Shown here: one piece after another, positions 58,183 through 64,000 of the stretch | How positions within the stretch are numbered: the stretch's first letter is position 1 | Layout of the letters: each line of letters starts with the position of its first letter | NCBI GenBank assembly: GCA_963727525.1 | Contig: CAVSGO010000007.1 | Span: forward strand, 2,048,001 to 2,112,000 | DNA: 64,000 nucleotides | Direction: 5' to 3' | From: an uncultured bacterium | GTDB taxonomy: Bacteria > Krumholzibacteriota > Krumholzibacteriia > LZORAL124-64-63 | Notes under the pieces: model-generated | Databases searched by the model: none | What the model was told of the DNA's origin: nothing | Seen by the model: the letters and a program-made list of their open reading frames with translations, nothing else | Program-made: the position numbers and the translations under genes

Positions 58183-59202
58183 TCAGGGGACATCGATCCG
58201 CTCCGGCGTTCCGCGCAGTGCCTGCCACGCGAACCAGAAGGCATGTGCGCGGGCCAGGCGTACCGCCACCACGCCGCCAGGCACCTCGGCCGCCCAGACC
58301 TGAGTGGCATGCAGCTCCGGCCGGGGCGTCGCGGCCCAGCCCCCATCGCTCGTGGGCACGAGTTCCAGCATCGACTTCAGCCCGAGTCCGGCGGGGACCG
58401 GCGGCAGCGGCGCCACCGGGAAGCGCAACACGTCGGTGCTCTCGTAGCTCCCGTACGGCATGCGGTTGTACGAGGCCCGCATCGTTGGCAGAGGCAATGG
58501 TACCGTCGTGCGTGGGTACGCCTTGCGCCACGCACCCCAACTCGTCAGGGCGTGGGGCAGCATCGGCAACGTGTCGCCCACGGCGGGGCCGCTCACCGCT
58601 TGCGCGAGCAACGGAGCCCACAGCGACGGCTCCCCGCCGTCATCGCGCCGATCATAGAGGAGGTGGTGGCTGTCGTAGAGCAGGCCGCTCACTCCGAGGT
58701 CGAGCACCGTGTCGCCGTGCCGCCGGTCGAGCACCACCACGGATCCGCTCAGAGGATGCCAGCACGCCGCGATGGCGCGGCCGCCGAGGGTGTCGTCCGC
58801 CACCTCATGCCAGTTCATCACGCGGAGCGGATACGCCCGCGCGTATCCGTTCACGACGACGCCGATCACCAGGTCGTCGGAGACGAGGTACTTGCCGCGC
58901 TCGGCATGGTTGAGCGAGTCGACACCGGCGACGGTGAGCAGGTGCGGCGCGACGAGGGGATGCAGACCGTCGCGAGCCAGCCCGCCGGCCACGAGCAGGC
59001 GCCGCGGGATCGCGAGGTGCGTGAGATCGAAGCCGTAGGTCTCCACGTGCTGGCCGTCGCCCACGGTGGGAGCACCGCGATGCTGCAGCACGCCGCGAAC
59101 CTGCACGAAGGCCACGAGAAGAAGGATCGCCGGCACGGCCACGACGATCCAGCGCGCGCCCGCGAGAGAGCGCCGGGGCGCGGCCGCCGGTTCGAGGTTC
59201 AT
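58183..59202 (-). CDS. DUF3179-domain protein, membrane-anchored, lacking the CxxC motif
   Basis: RDGLHPL, VIGVVVNG.ARAYPLRVMNWHEVADD, GVSGLLYDS..LYDR..SLW, FWFAW; ATGA overlap with ctaB. Confidence 0.8.
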   Translation of the reverse strand: MNLEPAAAPRRSLAGARWIVVAVPAILLLVAFVQVRGVLQHRGAPTVGDGQHVETYGFDLTHLAIPRRLLVAGGLARDGLHPLVAPHLLTVAGVDSLNHAERGKYLVSDDLVIGVVVNGYARAYPLRVMNWHEVADDTLGGRAIAACWHPLSGSVVVLDRRHGDTVLDLGVSGLLYDSHHLLYDRRDDGGEPSLWAPLLAQAVSGPAVGDTLPMLPHALTSWGAWRKAYPRTTVPLPLPTMRASYNRMPYGSYESTDVLRFPVAPLPPVPAGLGLKSMLELVPTSDGGWAATPRPELHATQVWAAEVPGGVVAVRLARAHAFWFAWQALRGTPERIDVP

Positions 59203-60176
59203 CGCGCGGCGGTGCCGTCATCGACGGCTGGCGGCGTGGCCATCGCCTCACCACCGGCGACCGCACCGTCCGTGGTCACGGCAAGGGCCGGTGTGCTCGT
59301 CCAGTCGGCGGCGCCGGGACCCGCAGCCGGGCCGCGGTCGATCAGCAGGAGGCCGAGCACGAGGGGCAGGTACACGAGACTCGCCAGGAAGACGCGGCGG
59401 GCGTCGCGATCGGCGCCGCTGCGGGCCAGACGCAGACCGAGCCAGGACCACCAGGCGCCGAGCGCGACCGACCCCAGGGCGAACCAGAAGCCGGCGAGAC
59501 CGGCGAGCGTGACGCTGATTCCCAGCGGCAGGAGCAGGAGCGAGAAGATCGCAATCACCGGGAACGTGAGGTGTCCCAGCGGATCGAGCACCGGCAGCAT
59601 GCGGAAGCCCCCCCGCGCGTAGTCCTCGCGGTACATCCAGGCCAGGGCGAAGAAGTGCGGCATCTGCCAGAGGAAGAGGAGGGCGAAGAGCAGCCAGGCT
59701 CCGGTGTCCAGCCGCCCGGTGGCCGCCGTCCAGCCGATCATCGGGGGAATGGCGCCGCATACCGCACCCACCAAGGTGTTCAGGCTGCTCACGCGCTTCA
59801 GCGGCGTGTACACGCCCACGTACAGGCTGTTCGTGATGGCCGCGAGCAGGGCCGGCAGCCAGCCCGCACCCACGGCGAGGATCCCGACTCCCACCACGCT
59901 GGCGGCAACTCCGTAGGCCAGCGCCGAGGCTGGCGCGATCCTCCCCGCCGGGATGGGGCGCTCCCGGGTGCGGAGCATGCGGGCGTCGTGCTCTCGCTCG
60001 ATGACCTGGTTGAGCGCGTTGGCACCGAACGCGGCGAGTCCGGTACCGACAAGAACGGCAACGAGTTGCATGAAAGGCCAGCCGCCGGGCACCGCGATCA
60101 GGTATCCCACCCCGGTCGTGACCAGCACCAGCGCGCAAAGCCGGGCCTTGGACAATTCGAGATAGTCGCGCACCAT
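59199..60176 (-). CDS. cyoE: Protoheme IX farnesyltransferase (heme O synthase)
   Basis: YLELSKAR, NQVIEREHDARMLRTRERPIPAG, YTPLKR, WQMPHF, YREDYARGG. Confidence 0.96.
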   Translation of the reverse strand: MVRDYLELSKARLCALVLVTTGVGYLIAVPGGWPFMQLVAVLVGTGLAAFGANALNQVIEREHDARMLRTRERPIPAGRIAPASALAYGVAASVVGVGILAVGAGWLPALLAAITNSLYVGVYTPLKRVSSLNTLVGAVCGAIPPMIGWTAATGRLDTGAWLLFALLFLWQMPHFFALAWMYREDYARGGFRMLPVLDPLGHLTFPVIAIFSLLLLPLGISVTLAGLAGFWFALGSVALGAWWSWLGLRLARSGADRDARRVFLASLVYLPLVLGLLLIDRGPAAGPGAADWTSTPALAVTTDGAVAGGEAMATPPAVDDGTAAR

Positions 60177-60326
60177 GGGGACCACACTCCGTACCGGACG
60201 TCCGCATCCGGCTGGTGTAAACGAGAGAACGCGGGTAATCTATATTGGATTGCAGTTTCCGCTGCCAGGTTTTTCGCGCAGCGGTCCGGCTGCCCAGTAC
60301 GGCCCACGATCGGAGGCCCTCGATCC

Positions 60327-61673
60327 ATGCCCACGCTGGCCACCGCTACCCCGACCCGCCACCGCGGCAGCGAACTCCTCGCCCTCGGATTCGGCACCAC
60401 GGTCACGATGTGGGCCATCGGCTATGTCCTGCGCTTTCCCGGTTTGCAGGCACCGTCGTGGCTCCTCCTGCTCTTCCTGCTGTCCACGCTCGTGGCGGGC
60501 GGCGCCCTCGCCCGGCACCTCACCGACCGTGGCCCCCGCGTAGGTTTGATCGTGGGCCTGCTCACGGGCCTGCTCAATCTCCTGATCCTCGGCAGCCTGC
60601 TCTCCGGTGATCGCCCGGGCGCCTTCGTGCCCGACGCCATCTGGTGGGTGCCCGGCTCCTTCCTCCTCTGTGGTGCACTGGGGCTGCTTGGCGCCGCCGT
60701 AGCCGGCCGCCGTCGCGAGGCCTCCGCGCCTTTCCTCGCTCGCCACGGCGTGGCCGCCTTCGCCCATGTGGCAGCGGCCGCCACCTTCCTGCTCATCGTC
60801 GCCGGCGGCATCGTCACCAGCAGCCAGGCCGGCCTGGCCGTCACCGACTGGCCCAACAGCTACGGGTACAACATGTTCCTCTACCCGCTGGCGCGGATGT
60901 CGGGAGGCATCTACTACGAGCACGTGCACCGGCTGCTCGGTTCGCTGGTGGGACTGAGCACGCTCGTACTGACCGTGGTCCTGCTGCGTGTCGAGGATCG
61001 CCGCTGGGTGAAGGGCCTGGCCGTGGGTGCCCTGCTCCTGGTGATCACCCAGGGCATCCTGGGCGGCCTGCGCGTGACCGGCCATTTCACGATGAGCGAC
61101 GACCCGGCCGTCACCCGGCCCAACCTGCTGCTCGCCGTGATCCACGGCGTGGTCGGGCAGCTTTTCCTGGGCACGATGGTCGCCCTGGCGAGCATCACGA
61201 CGCGGCGCTGGCGCGAGGCGCAGCCGGTGGTGCGCGGCGAGGCGCGCACGGAACTCCGGCTCGCCCCCTGGCTCCTCGGGGCCATCGTCCTGCAGCTCAC
61301 GCTTGGCTCGGTACTGCGCCACGTCAACGGCGCGCTGCACGCGCATCTGACCCTCGCGGTCGTGGTGCTGAGCCTGGGCCTCGTGCTCGGTATGAGGCTC
61401 CTGGGCCGGTATCACGACATCGCCCTGTTGCGACGGCTGGGACGGGTCCTCGTGATCGGGCTGAGCACGCAGTTCGTCCTCGGTTTCGCGGCTCTGATCG
61501 GCCGCAGCTTGCGAGCCGCCGATGGCGGTCCGCATCCGCTCGACGTGACCCTGACGACCTTGCACCAGGCCACCGGCGCGTTCCTGCTGGCGACCGCGGT
61601 GCTCACCACGATCTGGGTGCGCCATCTGGTGCGTGCCCCGTCGCGTCTCACCCACGAGGAGCGTTCGCCATGA
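60327..61673 (+). CDS. ctaA: Heme A synthase (COX15/CtaA family) with N-terminal TM extension
   Basis: GGIVTS..AGLAVTDWP, YEHVHRLLG, QGILGGLRV, IHG, QLTLG..RH, LHQATGA. Confidence 0.85.
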   Translation: MPTLATATPTRHRGSELLALGFGTTVTMWAIGYVLRFPGLQAPSWLLLLFLLSTLVAGGALARHLTDRGPRVGLIVGLLTGLLNLLILGSLLSGDRPGAFVPDAIWWVPGSFLLCGALGLLGAAVAGRRREASAPFLARHGVAAFAHVAAAATFLLIVAGGIVTSSQAGLAVTDWPNSYGYNMFLYPLARMSGGIYYEHVHRLLGSLVGLSTLVLTVVLLRVEDRRWVKGLAVGALLLVITQGILGGLRVTGHFTMSDDPAVTRPNLLLAVIHGVVGQLFLGTMVALASITTRRWREAQPVVRGEARTELRLAPWLLGAIVLQLTLGSVLRHVNGALHAHLTLAVVVLSLGLVLGMRLLGRYHDIALLRRLGRVLVIGLSTQFVLGFAALIGRSLRAADGGPHPLDVTLTTLHQATGAFLLATAVLTTIWVRHLVRAPSRLTHEERSP

Positions 61674-62146
61674 AGAGCGTGCAGGACATTCTCGAGAAGA
61701 AGGCCACCCGCGAGATCCACAGCGTCGGTCCCGACGAGGCACTGATGACCGCGGTGAAGACCATGGTCGAGAAGAACATCGGCGCCCTGCTCGTGCTCAC
61801 CGAGGGCCGGCTGGTCGGCATCCTCACCGAGCGCGACTACCTGCGCTTCGTCAGCGCCAAGGGCCATACCGCCGACGACACGCCGGTCCGCGAGCTGATG
61901 ACACGCACGGTCATCTACGTCACGCCCAGTTCCACGGTGGACGAGACCATGGCGATCATGACCGAGAAACGCATCCGCCACCTCCCCGTACTCAAGGACG
62001 GAAAACTCGAGGGCCTGGTGTCGATCGGCGACGTCGTCAAGCAGCACGCCAGGTTGCGCGAGTTCCAGATCCGCACGCTGCAGGAGTACATCGCCGACAA
62101 CTACCCGGGGCCCAGCCCGGCCGGCCTCGGAGGTGGCAAGAGCTGA
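61670..62146 (+). CDS. Stand-alone CBS-pair protein
   Basis: MVEKNIGALLV, GILTERDY, RIRHLPV, GLVSIGDVVK; ATGA overlap with ctaA. Confidence 0.92.
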   Translation: MKSVQDILEKKATREIHSVGPDEALMTAVKTMVEKNIGALLVLTEGRLVGILTERDYLRFVSAKGHTADDTPVRELMTRTVIYVTPSSTVDETMAIMTEKRIRHLPVLKDGKLEGLVSIGDVVKQHARLREFQIRTLQEYIADNYPGPSPAGLGGGKS

Positions 62147-62257
62147 TCGTGCGGTCCGCGCGTCGCGGTGCCACGCTCCCGGCTTTCTCTTGCTTGCCGG
62201 CAGACGAGACACCACCTTTCCAGCCGGGAATGGGCCCGGTAGCCGGAAAGGGCGACC

Positions 62258-62758
62258 ATGCTGATCACCGATCTATCCGAGGCCGACAAGATCTGGGTAC
62301 GCGAGCGCACCGAGCTGCTCTTCTCGGACAATTTCCTGGTGAGCCGCGAGCAACTCCATGATCCCACGCAGCTTCCCGGCTTCATCGCCGTGGAGCGGGG
62401 TGACCGCGTGGGCCTGGCCACCTACCACGTGGCGGGAGACCTGTGCGAGCTCGTGAGCATCGATGCCCTCTGCCAGTTCATGGGCGTCGGCACGGAGCTG
62501 CTCAACGCCGTGGAGGCCGCGGCGCGCGCAGCAGGCTGCACGCGCCTGTGGTGCATCACCACCAACGACAACCTCGACGCGTTGCGATTCTTCCAAAGGC
62601 GGGGATTCGCGATCACTGCCTACCGGCTGGGCGGCATGAACCGGATCCGCCAGATGAAGCCCGGCCTCCCCGAGGCGGGTTATTACGGCATCCCGATTAG
62701 CGATGAGATCGAGCTCGAAAAGCCCGTCACGCCCGGCAATGGCTGGCGCGTGCTCTAA
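62258..62758 (+). CDS. GNAT family N-acetyltransferase
   Basis: GVGTELL, ITTNDNLDALRFFQRRGF, GIPISDEIELEK. Confidence 0.9.
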   Translation: MLITDLSEADKIWVRERTELLFSDNFLVSREQLHDPTQLPGFIAVERGDRVGLATYHVAGDLCELVSIDALCQFMGVGTELLNAVEAAARAAGCTRLWCITTNDNLDALRFFQRRGFAITAYRLGGMNRIRQMKPGLPEAGYYGIPISDEIELEKPVTPGNGWRVL

Positions 62759-62893
62759 CGCCCATTCCTATGATGGCTTTTTCGAGATTTTCATGATTTA
62801 ATATCGCGATGCGCGGGCCTTGCCCGCCCGCGCCGCCCACGTCACGGTCCCCATTGCGGTCCGGCACCGCCGGACGCCGAACCGGCGGTGAGC

Positions 62894-64000
62894 ATGCTGC
62901 AGGAAAACCTCGTCGACCGTGTTGCGGAAAGCATCCGTCATCGCTGGGACCATCCAGCCTTCTCCGACTTCGAAGGCAGCACTCTGACCTACGCCGAGGT
63001 GGCGCACCGAATCGCGTACCTGCACCATGTCTTCGGCGTCTGCGGTCTCAAAGCCGGCGACCGCATCGCGCTCGTCGGTCGCAACTGCAGCCACTGGGCC
63101 GTCGCGTACTTCGCCACGATCACGTATGGGGCCGTCATCGTGCCGGTGTTGCCCGACTTCACGGCCGAGGAGATCCATCACTGCGTGACCCACTCCGAGT
63201 CGACGCTGCTGATCGTGTCGGATGGCATCTACGACAAGCTCCAGGACGACCGCATGCGCAAGATACGCGGCATCCTGCGCCTCGAGGACTTCAGCGTGCG
63301 CCGTTGCCAGGACAAGGCGCTGCGCCAGGCTGTGACGGGCGCCGCGAGGGGCTACCTCGAAGCCTACCGCGACCGCCTCACCAGCGAGACGTATCGCTTC
63401 GATCCGGTGCCCGGCGAGTCTCTGGCCACGATCATCTACACGAGCGGCACCACGGGCTTCAGCAAGGGTGTGATGCTCACGCTGCACAGCCTCATGGTCA
63501 ACGTGCGCTTCTACCAGGACTGCCTGGATCTCAGCGGCAATCGACGCATCGTCAGCTTCCTGCCATTGGCGCACTGCTTCGGCTGCGCCTTCGATCTGCT
63601 CGCCCCCACCGTCGCGGGATTGCACATCACCTTCCTCACCAAGACACCCACGCCGAAGGTGCTGCTGCAGGCCTTCAAGGAGGTGCGTCCGACTGTGGTG
63701 CTGTCGGTACCGCTGATCATCGAGAAGATCTACCGCAACACGATCAAGCCCCAGCTCGACAGCAAGGTGCTCAAGGTGCTGCTAGCCCTGCCCTTCGTGC
63801 GGGCCATGGTGCTACGCCGGATCCGCGACCGCGTGAGCCAGGCCTTCGGCGGCAACTTCCAGGAGATCGTCATCGGCGGTGCCGCGTTCAATCGCGATGC
63901 CGAGAGCTTCTTCCGCGAGATCGGGCTGCCCGTCGCCAACGGGTACGGCATGACGGAATGTGGTCCCCTCATCAGCTTCACCCTCGCCGAGGAGAACCCG
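62894..64000 (+). CDS. Long-chain fatty acid--CoA ligase (AMP-binding), 3'-truncated by window edge
   Basis: Not in the ORF track (no stop); MLQENLVD..GDRIALVGRN..IIYTSGTTGFSKGVML..SFLPLAH..GYGMTECGPLI. Confidence 0.92.
   Translation, partial: MLQENLVDRVAESIRHRWDHPAFSDFEGSTLTYAEVAHRIAYLHHVFGVCGLKAGDRIALVGRNCSHWAVAYFATITYGAVIVPVLPDFTAEEIHHCVTHSESTLLIVSDGIYDKLQDDRMRKIRGILRLEDFSVRRCQDKALRQAVTGAARGYLEAYRDRLTSETYRFDPVPGESLATIIYTSGTTGFSKGVMLTLHSLMVNVRFYQDCLDLSGNRRIVSFLPLAHCFGCAFDLLAPTVAGLHITFLTKTPTPKVLLQAFKEVRPTVVLSVPLIIEKIYRNTIKPQLDSKVLKVLLALPFVRAMVLRRIRDRVSQAFGGNFQEIVIGGAAFNRDAESFFREIGLPVANGYGMTECGPLISFTLAEENP

Noticed and set aside
58183-59202. Selenocysteine recoding in DUF3179 (or in the HesB-like gene)
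   Set aside because: No in-frame TGA at the relevant positions

Overview
High-GC (roughly 70%, by eye) bacterial chromosomal region made almost entirely of intact carbon-metabolism and aerobic-respiration genes. From left to right: the 3' end of an lpdA-type E3 plus a lipoate ligase; an acetate module (NarL-type regulator, DUF4212 + ActP-like symporter, cNMP/CBS/DUF294 nucleotidyltransferase, membrane-anchored PAS-DEDDh exonuclease, acs); two GT-C glycosyltransferases, an M20 hydrolase and an HDAC-family deacylase; pyruvate dehydrogenase aceE-aceF-lpdA; a czcCBA-type RND efflux operon preceded by a Cys-rich, Pro-tailed leader ORF and an SD-sequestering hairpin; tonB-C, TraB/GumN, hflKC, sodB, tcdA and tatD; a short decayed zone (OprM-like fragment, deleted IS transposase) around a secreted CHRD protein ending in SWGSVKTLF; iscA followed by a full alternative complex III (actA-G)-SCO-caa3 (A2-type) oxidase operon; an orphan HipB-like HTH with two operators; ADH, an ABC-2 exporter, a hybrid kinase and corA; DUF3179-ctaB divergent from ctaA-CBS; GNAT and a long-chain acyl-CoA ligase running off the end. 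coxA carries a compensating +1/-1 frameshift pair and the ABC permease a single frameshift, probably assembly errors. No rRNA, tRNA or CRISPR array was seen. The C-terminal SWGxVKxLF motif hints at a Krumholzibacteriota/Latescibacterota-like host (weak inference). All calls come from motif recognition by eye; no searches were run.
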